64,000 bases of DNA, taken from contig OZ287696.1 in the NCBI GenBank assembly GCA_965649825.1, positions 124,001 to 188,000 of the forward strand, written 5' to 3'. The notes beneath the pieces were generated by a model, which was not told where the DNA came from, searched no databases, and worked only from the letters and a program-made list of their open reading frames with translations. The DNA is from Penicillus capitatus. Its lineage: Eukaryota; Plantae; Chlorophyta. Positions 51,868 to 64,000 of this stretch are shown here, piece after piece (position 1 is the first letter of the stretch; the number at the start of each line of letters is the position of its first letter). The position numbers and the translations under genes are program-made.

Positions 51868-54800
51868 CGACGGTAGCTCTTGTTCGCGTCGTCCTTCTTG
51901 CTCCCACTGGGCATTGTATGGGATAGTTACCAACTCGTAGCCCCCGGGTACATTAACTCTCTGGACTGCCTTTCGGTTGTAGCGACCCGGTGCATTCAAA
52001 GGGCACTGGGCAAACAAGTGCCCTGGCTGATTGCGTCTGAAACATCTTCTTTCCTCTTGTTGTCCGTACTGCCGTCCCTGCTGTGGGTTTTGTCTAACGT
52101 CCCTTATGACAGGTTGAACTCTCGCTGTATGCGGTGCTACCCTGGGAGTTGTTCTGTTCTCCGGAGGTGCTGTCCACTTGCAGAAATTCTTCCACTTTTG
52201 AGCACTGTATCCACCTTCACTTCATCGAGATTGAGATCCTGCAGGCCTTGCAGAAATTCTCGAGAAAAATGTTGTTTCAACACTCTCAGAAATCTTGCGT
52301 CCGAAATCTTGGGCGTCAGAGTCTTCCACTACCCGACAAGTCTGTCAACGAAGTCTTGGAGTCTTTCTTCTTGATATCGACGAACTTGCGTCAGTTCCTC
52401 GTAACTTTCAATCGAGTCTTTTATCTTTTCGCTTTTCCGCTGTTCTCAAGCTTGGGTTTTCTCTCCAACCATCTCCGCAAGAATTGGTATGTGGCCCACA
52501 GTTTCAACACCAACCACACAGAGTTTTTGATGGCGCTCGGTACGGTACAGATCGTGTTGAATGCCGTGAAGGTCGACATAGACTTTGGCATAAGGTCTCC
52601 TTGATCCAAGTTATACCCCATCGGCCTACGATGTCAACTATGGGCTCATAGGATCCACGGAAAAGCAGACATAGACATTCTTTGAAGCAATGCCACGTCT
52701 CCGACGTAAATTCTGATTCCACATCGAAACTCCGCGGTCGCCTTTTCCCTACCTTTGCGGCCACAGCTTCCTCGACATTGTTGAGATATTCCGGCAGATT
52801 TTCAATCTCCTGCTCGTTCCGGTGTAGTGACTAGAGTATCTCCTTGTAGTTCATGTCGTTCGGCTTCATTTTCTGCTCAATGGTAGAATTCGTTCGCTTG
52901 CGCCGCAGCTGCACCAACCACGAATAGAAACAGAGCTGCTAAGGCATATAGAGTGCGTCGCATCGTGGATTGACGTTCGAAACCATGTCGCGCTCGCGGT
53001 AAACACAAGTACTTGAACGCAACGATCTTACAAGCCATAGATCGTATAGTGCCCCCATTGTATACTGCGATGTAACAACGGTCAATTAACCCCCATTTTT
53101 AATGATGATGTGTGACGGAGAGACTTCTCACGTCACTCACGGCACCTGCCGCTTACGCCTGGCCATGATGCTCGGCACGCACTTGCTCCAGCTCTTCACG
53201 AAATCTGGCGATATTGTCAGCTTCATTTCCTATGACCGGCCTCATGACAATCACACTTCCTGATGTCAGCCCGCCCTACATTACATTTATCGCTCTCGTG
53301 CCATTCACTGTGGACATAGACGCACTTCTGCAACTGTAAGATGAAACATGCGAATCCGTGTGATGTCATTCTGCGGATGTACGCAAAAGAACGAGCATTC
53401 AAAGCCCCTCACTCGTCCGCCGAGTGCATAAATGTCTCCGAAGCAAACGGAGTGCAAAGGGGTTTCCTCGCGCACCAAGACACTGCCAAGGTATATCATC
53501 TTCCGTGCTTGAAGGTCAAGGAAGACGCAAAACAGAAGAACGCCAGCTTGCGGTCGATTGGCATCCGGAGAGGCCGCCACTCTGAAGAAGAAAGAGACTG
53601 TATCGATCGCATTCGGTCGGAGATCTTTGCAAAGCGAAGCCGGGAATGTGGAAGATGTCCATCGACGCACGTGCCGCAAAGTTCTCGCTGACCACTTGTT
53701 CGTTGAGAACGCGGACGGGGATTTGTGGCCTTGCTAGAGCATGTTGTTGCGGCACATATCCCTCGAGTACTGTCGGCGTAAGAAGCAATCCAATCTTCAG
53801 GTATTCGTTTTGCACGTATTCGTGCAAAGCTATATGCCCAAAACAGTACGAAGAGTAACTCAAAGGCGCCAAAGGGTCGTCGGATGGGACCACAGGATTA
53901 TCTAAAAACACACCTGAAGGTTTAGTAACTCTTGCAGAGGTTAAAAAACGTTACCAGCACGCAAACTAAAGTCTGGCGCATGCTGACGAACAAACAAGAT
54001 GCGACACCTCATCTCGGGAGGTTGGACACCTTCCAAATCACCGAATGTGCAGCGGAAATTAGATTGCTGCGCAAAATGACAATCCAAACGGACTCCCCTG
54101 TAAAAATGCAGTTCTCTTATTCGCGTCGTCAAAAGGTAGGAAGATACACTTACCATTCCCTTCCACGGAAGACAAGTCGGTCTGTCCAAAAAAACCGTCT
54201 GTACATTTGCGGTCTGAACCACAGCTGCAACACAGTCGCGATTCTGACTAAGGAATTGCATCTTCGATAAAAAGCTTACCACGAATCCGATCTCGTGCTC
54301 TCCCCGGAAGGTGCTAAAGCTCTCGCCTCGACTGAACAAGCATGCCTGTATACATATCTTGAATGAGTCTGGCGTTCTCCTTGTGAAAAACGTTGCTCCC
54401 CATTCGGCACCATGTCGCAGAAGAAACGATGGGCCCGCAGAAAAACTTCCTGGAGAAGAATCTCCAGCTTTAGATCGAATGCCCGAAACGAAATGATACC
54501 GTTGTCTTTTGGGAAGTTCACCGCCCAGCAGAATCGATACTGCTGTTGATTTCCTTGTATCTGAGAGGCCAGATGCCAAGAAACAATGATGTGATCAGGT
54601 CGTGTTCTGTGCAAACGTATCAACCTGTATTGAACAAAATGATCAGTAACGTTTAAAACGCGTTCGTCTTATGTCATGTGACTTACCAATCAAATCCAAG
54701 GAATCTTATCACTTGGGTGATGAAAACGTTGTACAGCACATCTTGCATGTTCGCGGCGGCAGATATCTAAACCAAAGGAGTGCTTAGGTCGATGAGCAAC

Positions 54801-54990
54801 AATACTACACGCATACATGAACTTCGCCAATGGATTCCTCAACCTGCACGCATTCGATTCTGAACGGAACACCATTCCAGTTTCCATCGACCGACGTCAC
54901 AATGTCTTCACGACATTACCCTTGCAACAGGCGTTTGACAAGAATTCTTACTGTGTGCAGCCATCAGGACTCCGAGTGGCAAGAGACGAA

Positions 54991-55112
54991 GAGCAGAGGG
55001 TTGGCTGAGGCACTGGGTGCGTCAGGAGAGCGGCAGAGGGTTGGCTGAGGCAGCTGGGTGCGTCAGGTGAGCGGCAGAGGGTTGGCTGAGGCGCTGTTTG
55101 CGTCAGGAGAGC
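54991..55112. repeat. Three imperfect ~40-bp tandem units
   Basis: GAGCGGCAGAGGGTTGGCTGAGGCAGCTGGGTGCGTCAGG-like unit repeated three times. Confidence 0.85.
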
Positions 55113-55131
55113 GTCTGGCTGTAAAGACGGC

Positions 55132-55294
55132 AGTTCGCACAGAAAGAACGCAAATGTACGAACGATGATGCAGAACCGACGGATAAGAAGAGCAGGGCGT
55201 CGGCGATGTCCGAGCTACTGTCTGCAGGTTGTCGGCATCCGTTTGCAGGTAAGGAAACGGCATTCATCGAGTGAACCCTGACGACGTTGCGTAG
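55132..55294 (+). pseudogene. Diverged copy of the SLC25A38 5' UTR, exon 1 and intron 1
   Basis: TGTACGAACGA..ATGCAG..CGACGG..ATGTCCG..ACTGTC..GCAGGTAAGGA..GAGTGA.CCCTGACG..GTAG aligns to 44270-44445. Confidence 0.75.
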
Positions 55295-56001
55295 CCTGCC
55301 CGAGATCGGCCAATGCTGTGCTGTTGGATCGAACAACGATTTCCCTTTCCATTTCCGTTCCGCTGAAGATTCTGAGTGCCCTCGTGACGGTCTGCGTGCC
55401 CCCTCCTTGCGAAGCAGAGCCTGCTTTTGCACCTCTATGCGTGTGAAGGGCGATGCATCTGTTTTGACGGTCATTCATGGGATCGGCCATCAGCAGATGA
55501 TGTTTATTGTTAAGAAGGCACAGGTCACAGAACGTATCACGGAACAAATCGATCCATACGGTTTGCTGCTTGACGAGCGCTTCCATATCTGACCAGTCAA
55601 CGGGTCAAAACATGCAAAGCCACTCATTGGTTGAATATCAGCCATAATGAATTTGTTAATGACGCTATCTGAAAGACAAATGTCAACAACAAGACTCAGT
55701 ATCCCAGAATAGCCTGTCTAAACTCTTCGTAATCAATCATTCCGTTGCCGTCGCGATCCACCTCATCTGCAAGGCACGGGTGAGGGGGAGAAAGAGCAAA
55801 GGGTAGTGGTGGTGGTCTTACCTAACACCTTTTCCAGATTCTCGACCACGCCGTAGCCCTTCAGGGCCTCTTTCAGCTCATCTCGTGTGATAAAGCCGGA
55901 GCCGTCGGTGTCGAAATGCTCGAAAGCTTGAATCAGATTCTCTTCTTTGGCGACGTTGGCGGCCGAAAGCGTCGCCGCCAGAAATTCGCTGTAGCTCACG
56001 G
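55295..56001 (+). repeat. 707-bp direct duplication, copy 2 (includes an orphan BBS1 5' fragment, 55295-55586)
   Basis: MEALVKQQTVWIDLFRD... is truncated at the insert junction. Confidence 0.95.
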
Positions 56002-58065
56002 TACCATTGCCATCCATATCGGCAGCCTAGAGATGTCATCTAGTCTCACGCTGTCTGTTTGTATGAACAGGCACACTTTGAGTATCTTTTCGAATTCCTC
56101 CAGGGGCATCTTTCTGCTCTGTCCGGCATAAGCGTTACGCAGTTCCTCTGCTGAGATGTTGCCGCTGTTGTCGACATCCATATTCTTGAACATGTTGCTC
56201 AGCCCTTCGATCTCGTCCATCGGCAGATTCTCGGCGATCACTTTCCGTGCGACTTGCTGAAGACGATTCATTCCCGCAAATTCACGGACGCGGCTCTGGA
56301 CGCCACTGATGACTTTATTTGGCGCCACACCATCCTCGTTGATCCATCTATAAAAAGTGTGACATGAGTGAGAAACGCATCGATGATGTGTCGGACAATG
56401 TACGTACTCATGTTCGAGCAGCTGTCGAGCCGTCCATCGTTTGTTCGGTTGATGTACGAGCATTTTCTGGATGCAATCGCGTCCCGCTTCCGAGATCTCT
56501 GGCCACGGCGGGCCTTCAAAATCGATGCCTCCTTTGAGAATGTTGTCAAACACTTCGTGCAAAGTGTCGCCGAGGAAGGGAGGATATCTAAGACATCACC
56601 ATCCACATGTCATGTAAAGGCCTCCGCATTCCATGAGTGAAGAGAGACCCAGTCAAGAGCATGAACATGACGACACCACAGCTCCAGATATCGGCCGAAT
56701 TTGTGTAGCTCCTTCTCAGCACTTCAGGAGCCACATAGTACTTACTCCCTACCAAATCTCTGCAGCCATTCAATGAGATAAAGAATGCGGCCAGATATGG
56801 CGGCTCCACCTGAAGAAGGCGCCCTTGCGGTAAAAGTTGGACAGGCCAAAGTCAATGGCCTTCAACCTTGTGAATGACCCATCTGTCCACAGAAAATTCT
56901 CTGGCTTGATATCACGGTGAATGACACCTGGAGGCAACAAAGCTGTCCGTTATGAAGGCACGATAGGGAAGAGGCATGGACGGACCCATGTTGTGACAGT
57001 GTGCTGCGACGGTCAGTATCGTTCGCATGACGCCGGCGGCATCCTTCTCGGTATAGGATCCGGCAGCGATGATGTGGTCAAAGAGCTCTCCCCCTGTTAA
57101 GGCAATCAGATCACGAAGAATACGTGACGTCGTTTTGCATACCCTTACAGAGATCCATCACTAGATGGACGTTATTGCGGTCTTCGTAGACGCCGTACAG
57201 TTCAATGATATTTGGATGTCCCCTCAAATGATACATGACCTGCAGCATGGGGACGAGGTCGGAAGGGGAGGATCAGGGTAGCAGCTTTCTCTACTTCGAT
57301 TTCTTTTTTCATGTCTTCGACGTCCTGTCGTCTCGTAAGCTTCGCTTTCGATATGGACTTGCATGCAAATTCCTCTCGCGTTTCTCGGTTGATCACCTTG
57401 TCACATCAGAAAAGAATGAGATGATCCTCTCACCTTTGCTTGATGTCACACTTTGCGAACAATACTCGTCGAACCGCGTCCCAAGATCGACCCAAATTCG
57501 TAGAGAGAACGGATTTCCGGCGTCGGTTTTCCTGAACAGAGATCATCAAATCACATCTCACTCTTTTCTGATGTGACAGCCAGTACCTAAGAGCCGACGA
57601 TATGGCCTGTCATATGTCGGCTTTATCTGTGGCGCTTCTGGATAATGCTCCGGTCCCTATACACCAACCAAACTCAACGCCGCTCTTCCTTTGTCTACAC
57701 CCTCACCGAGATAGCACTGCCAATGGACGGCTGTGAGACAACGACTTGGGGAGCCGGAGTCGAGACATTGATCGTATAGTTTGGGTCTCCTGCTGCTGAC
57801 GACATCGTCGAATTTCCAGGAGCATAAGTTGCAGGGGCGTAGGTATAGTGAGGATGAAGACCCTGTCAGGTGTTGGGGGCAAAAGGGAGTGGTGGTTAAG
57901 GAACGCGACCTGTGAGCCCGAGGGCGGACCCGAAGGCACGCGTTCGTATTTTCCGCGGCGGTTGTCACCCTCACTCCATTCCAATTCGCAGCAGCATCCA
58001 AAGAAACAGTCAATACAGTTTCGCAGCCATGGCTTTGCGCCTTTGATGCGTGGCAAACTTGACAT
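55696..58065 (-). CDS. CDPK: Calcium-dependent protein kinase (kinase, junction, four EF-hands), multi-exon
   Basis: [48 protein letters not shown], junction [23 protein letters not shown]; EF-hands [32 protein letters not shown]. Confidence 0.93.
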
Positions 58066-58256
58066 TTCAAGAAAACGAACGTACACACCGATTGTCTACC
58101 AATCACTTCGGTCGATTGCTTGTGTGTTCGTGCGTTCGCCGAGAGAATGTTTGTTCGTTGCGCCGTTATTGTGCTTGTATACGCCACCGACCATCGCCAT
58201 CTTCCTACTCAGTGCCGTGTTTCTGTTCTTTAGTCGTTGTTTTCGTTTCGCGCCGG

Positions 58257-61200
58257 ATGCAAAGGACGACCAGCCGTCGTACTGGCGGCCTGGGGCGAGC
58301 GGAAGCGCCTCCTTTGAACGAGAGCGTCACCATTCCCCGCGCCCTGTCAGACCGTGTGAATCATCTCATTCAAGGCATACGTCCAGGACGGGCCTCCGAA
58401 CAAAGACGACACGGAATTGCTGATTACGTTCGACGTCTCATCGTCAAATGTTTCCAACCCGAACACAAAGCAAAAAATTTTTGACGTAACTCCCGTGTCC
58501 ACAATGACGCGCTCAGGTCGAGGCGTTTATGTTTGGTTCGGTGCCGCTTCGAACGTACTTACCTGATGGAGATATCGACGTATCCATCTTCTGTGAGGCA
58601 AAAGGTCTTCAGGTGGGTCGCACTCTTGAGGAAGGGGGTCCTGAGTCAGATGACAGGAAACGTGGTGCGATAAATTGTCGACAGTACTGGAGAGCGAGGC
58701 AGAAAGTCCAGATGCAGAGTTCAAAGTGGCGAACGTGTCCCTGATCAATGCAGAAGTGCGAGCATGGAAAGATGATGTGACACATGATTGTTGGGTGATG
58801 TGACAGGTGAAGCTACTGAAGTGCCTTGTCGATAACATCGTGGTGGACGTATCATTCAATCAGATCGGAGGTCTCTGCACCCTCAATTTTCTAGAAGCTA
58901 TGGATCGAAAAATCGGTGGGAAACATTTGTTCAAGAAGAGCATCATTCTGGTACAAAAGTGTGACCATTGTGTGAGAAATGATCATTGGCTGTACAGATC
59001 AAAGCCTGGTGTTATTACGAAAGCCGCGTTCTGGGAGCACAGCATTCATTGCTATCGACGTATGCTTTGGAAACGATGGTCCTGCACATTTTCAATGTCT
59101 ACCACTCCGAGCTCCAGACCCCCCTCGAAGTCCACAAATATCGCCGTTACGCGTAAGAGCATTCTAAGATCGCCGCTGCTGGTGTAGGTTCTGTATAAGT
59201 TTCTGATCGTATTTCATCATTTCCAGTGGGACGATTATTGCCTGACCCTGTCTGGACCTGTCAGTCTGAAAGACCTCGACATCAATTCAGGTGCATACAG
59301 CCGAGATCGCTGTTGGAAGTGTGAGATCAATGTGTGATGTGTTGTGGCAGTGAATGTTCCTACCGAGCATGGAAAGACGTTACTCATTCCGACGTTTATG
59401 AATGTTATGCTGGAATCCTATTCCTACACACCAGTTGTGCCTGCCAATAGCAAAGGACCTGGATACCCCAAATACATGAACATCATGGATCCATTACTAC
59501 ACAGCAATAATCTCGGACGCAGCGTCTCCAAAACGAGCGAGATTCGCATTCGTAATGCGTTTGGCCATGGAGCGCGTCTTCTGAATCAGATCTTCAAAAA
59601 AGCAAGCGCCAACTGGATACATTCTCTTTGCTGATCTGTGTGGCGTGATGTGTATGTGTAGGAGATCACAGAGGCGACCGACGTGCTGGATCAGTTTTTC
59701 AAGAATACATGGCTGGCTCAACAGCGACCGAGATCATCCCCACAACCCCAGATCCCTCGTCCTCAGCCCACACAGGCAATGCCATACAGTGCTCCTGCCG
59801 CAAAAACCGGAAACGGATTGCTGGATCTACTGAAGGAGCCGCATAAAGATCTGACCGAGATGCACGAACGCGATGCCATCTCGCATCTTTATAGCATTGC
59901 TGGATACCATGGAGGAGGACCCCCTGCAAACGGCACTCTGCCTGTCCAAGTCGCTGCGACGATGGGAACTGCCTTTCCACCACCTCCGCCTCGAGGGCCA
60001 GAGGACAAACCTGCCGCACAAACGGCCGCTCTTCGGGGGTCCGAAATGGAAAAGCTTGGCAGGCAGCTCCATGCTGCACAGCATCTACGGAATCCGTTGG
60101 AGATGCCATCTGCAAAGAACGAAGCGGGGGCACAACAAGCTTTCAATGCATTTGCCCAGGCACACCTCGAACTCGCCTCCGCTTATCAGACGTCCATCTA
60201 CAATCCCTACCATCCTGTCAAGTTCCTCCCCCAGCAGAACGCAGCGCATTTGCAGAGAGGTCGTATGGAAGGCGGACTCCAGAGGACGCGTTCGGAGCCC
60301 AATATCGGCGATCTCTGTCCAAAGAAGAAGGACAAGAGTACAGTGAAGCGCTATCAGGCTCCGTTCCATGTTCAGCATCCCAAGACATTTACTTCGCAGC
60401 CTCTGGCGGATGAGGAACATAAAGTCATGAAGCCCAAGGAGCAACCATCTCCCGTTCAGAAGCAGACGTCGACAGGTGGATCTGTTCTTTGTGCCAAGGC
60501 ACTGGACGTTTTGAGACCGCTTCCCGGAAAGAAGGAGAAACCGACCTCCGTTGTCAGCAGCCTCGAACAACTGAAACTGAAAGACGATGTGCTGGAGAAA
60601 CTAAATGTAATGGAAAGAAGACGCAAGGCAGCGGAGAAGGAAAAAAATTCAGAGAGCTCTGAAGGTGAAAAGGACCCTCCTCCGTGCCGCGACACGGACG
60701 AGACTTCTTCCAAAGAGACAGAGACGAAGGAGGAAACCACAGCAACAGCTGAAAAGACAAGATCTGGAACAGCAGATGTGCCAAAATCGATGCTGCCGAC
60801 ACACAGCGATGTCCATGATCAGTCGATCGTGATCGGAGAGCCACCCGAGCCGCCATCTGTGGATTATCATCAACGCATGGACCGTGGTGAGTTTTTTGCG
60901 GCACCCCGTTCCTTGAATCGTCGATCGGGTCGTCCATTTGATTTGCATCACACCAACATGCACTCTGCGGAAATGCGCAATTCTTTGTTTCAAATGGCCC
61001 AGGGACAGCGACAGCAGCTTACGAGGATGGGCCTGGGCGAGCGGCAGATGCAGGCAACTGTTGAGATGCGGCCAAACGGCGAACTCGTGCCGTCATTTAC
61101 GCCTGTCTATCCTTACATCTTCAATGCCGCAGCAGGGAATCAATTCTCTCAGACGCCACTGTACGGTATTCTCTCGGCACAGGGAGATCTCACAGCTGCT

Positions 61201-64000
61201 CAGATGACCCCTGCCCGTGCCGCCGTGCCAACAGCTGGAATACGTCATCCTGCTGTTGCCATGCCCAAGGCAGACGCGCGTAATGCTCTGGTGGATCTTT
61301 TTCCCAATCCTCATCAGCCTACTCAGTGGTTCCGTCCGGACGTAACTCCAACGACAGATCGGCGAATGAATGGAGGTATTCCGCTGACGCTGTCCCCTGG
61401 ATGGACCACTCCTTACACGACTGTGAATCTGAACGGGTCTTCGCGGCCACGGGAAGAGATTCCGGTCCGCGATTCCGATGATGTCTTATCGGGAGACATC
61501 GAGACATTGACACAGCACTTGGAAGTGGCACGCAATTTCATTGGATGCAAAACATCTGTGCCCTCTTCAGATAAGGAACGCAGCAGTCGGGCCTCAAGCG
61601 CTGGACAGACACCCGAGAGAACAAGACCCAGTACAGGACATCGCAAGGGCACACCCTCTCCAACTTTGACAAACCGACAGGAGAGCAGGAGCAGTTCACG
61701 GGAAAGACTTCCAAAGAACCAGATGGAGAACCCATCGATCTATAATCACCCTCCTCCTGTGCCACCAGGTGGTCCGGTAGGGTATCCTGGCAACTATCCT
61801 GCGCAGCCACCCAATGTGCTCTATCAAGTGCCGCCTGGTCTTGTGACACATCCGCCGCCGCCGCCAGGTGCCGTGCATGAAAGAATGTCGAATGAGAATG
61901 AGCTTCTGGCGCAGTTGCATGGCAATGTGAATCTGGTCGCAGCACCTGGATACAGTTATCAGGGATCAGTGCGCGGCGTCCATCTTCCGATGACACATGT
62001 GAACCTCGCCAATGGAGTGCATCCGCAAGGAACGATGCCGCATCCCACGACGGTGGATCCAGCCAATCTCCAACTTCCTCCTCAGCCGCCACATTCTGCC
62101 TCTCCTGCTCGCGTCAAAGATTCTCAAGTCATTCGCAGTACCAAAGCGCCTGGTGGGAGTCGTCCCATGACAGCAGAGGATCCTCAACGACCGATCTCTT
62201 TGCTGACAGATGATGGTGGTATAACGGTCGAAATCGATAACTCTGTGTTACAAGCGGTCAAGGCAGCCATGGCAGAGAAGGCATCGGATGAGCATCAAGC
62301 ATCAAGAGATCCCAACAACCGGACGTCTCAGGGCGATCCTAACTCTCCAAGGCATGGCACAGAAGAGACAGTACATCTGAGAGGCGGCGCCGCCGTCGCT
62401 GCCGCCGCCGGTCTCCCAGATCCTCCGATGCATGGTCTGACAAATAGAAGACAACTGGAACAGGGGGTCATCTGTTACTCTGAACCTAAAGACTTCTCAG
62501 CTCAGTCCAATCGACATCCGATGGGAGGAGAGTTCAACGCCGCAGGAGCAAACGGCCATTTGGCGCATTTGTTTACGTTGTCTGCTCCGGTAGTGACAAC
62601 ACCATTGCCTACCGATCTTCCGATCCCTCCCAGAAGTGCGTGTGTGAGGGAGATGCGAAGATGCTTGATACAGGGATCTGTTTTTAGCTGGCATGGCATC
62701 CTATGGAACGGGAAGCTTCATTCCACGAAACGCCCAGTATGTGACAGAACAGCGAAAATCACGCGAACAGGCCGAGAAAGATGCTCAGGTAACACATAGC
62801 ATGGTAAAGACGCAGGGCGCCTCTACCTGGAATGTCCTTGGAGGCGACGACAACCGAAGGCAATACAGAGGATGGTTGGAGTACTCGTTCCGGATCAAAC
62901 GCTTCCGAAAAGACAGAACAGGTAGAGAACCGGAATCACCCACGCGGCAGGTAGATCGACGGTTGATAGATCGATGTACTTGTGTGATGACTGTCTGCAC
63001 TGTGATGCTCAGGTTTTCTCCCTCTAACCATCAGCAATGGTCGTCCTCTGCCAGTTCGAATCGTTCCTACACGCAAACGCCTCCGCACAGCTACGGTCAG
63101 GTTGAACAGGGACGTCCGATGTCGAATGGGGCCAACGATTCCTGGCAGATTAAACAAGACCGTCCAGGTCCGTCCTTCCACTTCCCGCATCCCGGAATGA
63201 GGGTACCGCCTTTAGCTATCACAAGTGCTGGCGATCTGAGTGAGTATTACAAGGCCTATGGTGAAGTGGCGAATGCCTTTGTGTCCACAGAAGCAATGGG
63301 TCGCGTACCAAATCATGGAGCCACCTATATTCCCTATCCCAACGTCGCAAGTCAACCCCCTTTCCAGCTCGATATCTCCGATATGACCATAACCGTCACA
63401 GGTTTGCCAGCACACCAAGGTTATGCGGAATTCCCGACATCGATGCCAGCAACAACGCCTGCCACGACGTTTCATCCTTCGAGTGTTCCACCCAGACCAG
63501 GGCTCGGACATGGGACACACAATCAGAGTAAGGGAGATGGACGTGCATACGCTCCTGATGTGACGTGTCTCTGCTTGGGCAGATCCACCAAACATCCCAC
63601 GTAATCGCAGAGATGGAGAACGATGGAATACAATGGTTCGCAACGACCGTTCCTCCGTGGATCGCAGTTCCACTCCGGATAGTCTCCACAGTCAAGGACT
63701 GGTTCGTCGAGGCATGGAGAGTGGAAACAGATGGGAAGGAAAGCAATTGATACGCAACGTGCCCAATCTTCATCTGACGCAGCAGCGTCCCATGGATCCA
63801 CTGTTCAAGTCCGTACGAGACGGAAGCTCCGATGATGATGGTGGTGTGCATTCGGGTCGAACCAATCTCGAAACGCTCTTCAATCCTCGGCCTCCTTTTC
63901 GGGGACCGCCTCTTAACACCCGACACCAACGCCATCGACGACCAAGTCCAAGAGACGACCGATCACGTTTCCCTTTGAAAGATGCCGATTTCCCATCGTT
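58257..64000 (+). CDS. PAP/OAS1-type nucleotidyltransferase (poly(A)/uridylyltransferase-like) with a long low-complexity C-terminus; runs past the window end
   Basis: FGSVPLRTYLPDGDID, VKLLKCLVDNIVVDVSFNQIGGLCTLNFLE, IKAWCYYESRVLGAHHSLLSTYALETMVL, NIMDPLLHSNNLGRSVS, followed by more than 1300 aa of P/Q/S-rich exons. Confidence 0.88.

Larger units (their letters stand above)
51868..55294. other. 3.4-kb mosaic insert of degenerate coding fragments
   Basis: Lies between the 707-bp duplicates. Contains broken minus-strand ORFs, a short tandem repeat and an SLC25A38 5' fragment. No TIRs or transposase recognised. Confidence 0.7.

Overview
Eukaryotic nuclear DNA with roughly balanced GC, the standard genetic code and many short (~45-60 nt) spliceosomal introns. 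It most likely comes from a chlorophyte green alga with a flagellate stage: plastid genes (ZEP, PHT4, GluTR-binding protein, DUF1995) sit alongside ciliary genes (CCDC39, BBS1). The right part (40.8-64 kb) is a gene-dense core: NUP107, SLC25A38-like carrier, GluTRBP-like, ZEP, BBS1, a CDPK and a PAP/OAS1-type nucleotidyltransferase that runs off the window. This core is interrupted by one 3.4-kb mosaic insert flanked by a 707-bp direct duplication. The left part (0-40.6 kb) is a rearranged accessory zone. It holds a ~4-kb inverted duplication around CCDC39/PHT4, a ~4.1-kb direct duplication around a nested Ty3/Gypsy > LINE > ORF1-only retroposon stack, a solo LTR, NUP107 and DUF1995 pseudogene fragments, and five TATA-driven spliced genes for small secreted proteins in three families I cannot assign. 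These are an Asp/Glu-rich tandem-repeat protein, two paralogous Cys-rich proteins, and a duplicated 8-Cys protein with a sharply localised variable patch. All gene models were spliced by eye and family assignments come from remembered motifs; no database search was run. Note that the supplied ORF track uses TTG/GTG starts and ignores introns.
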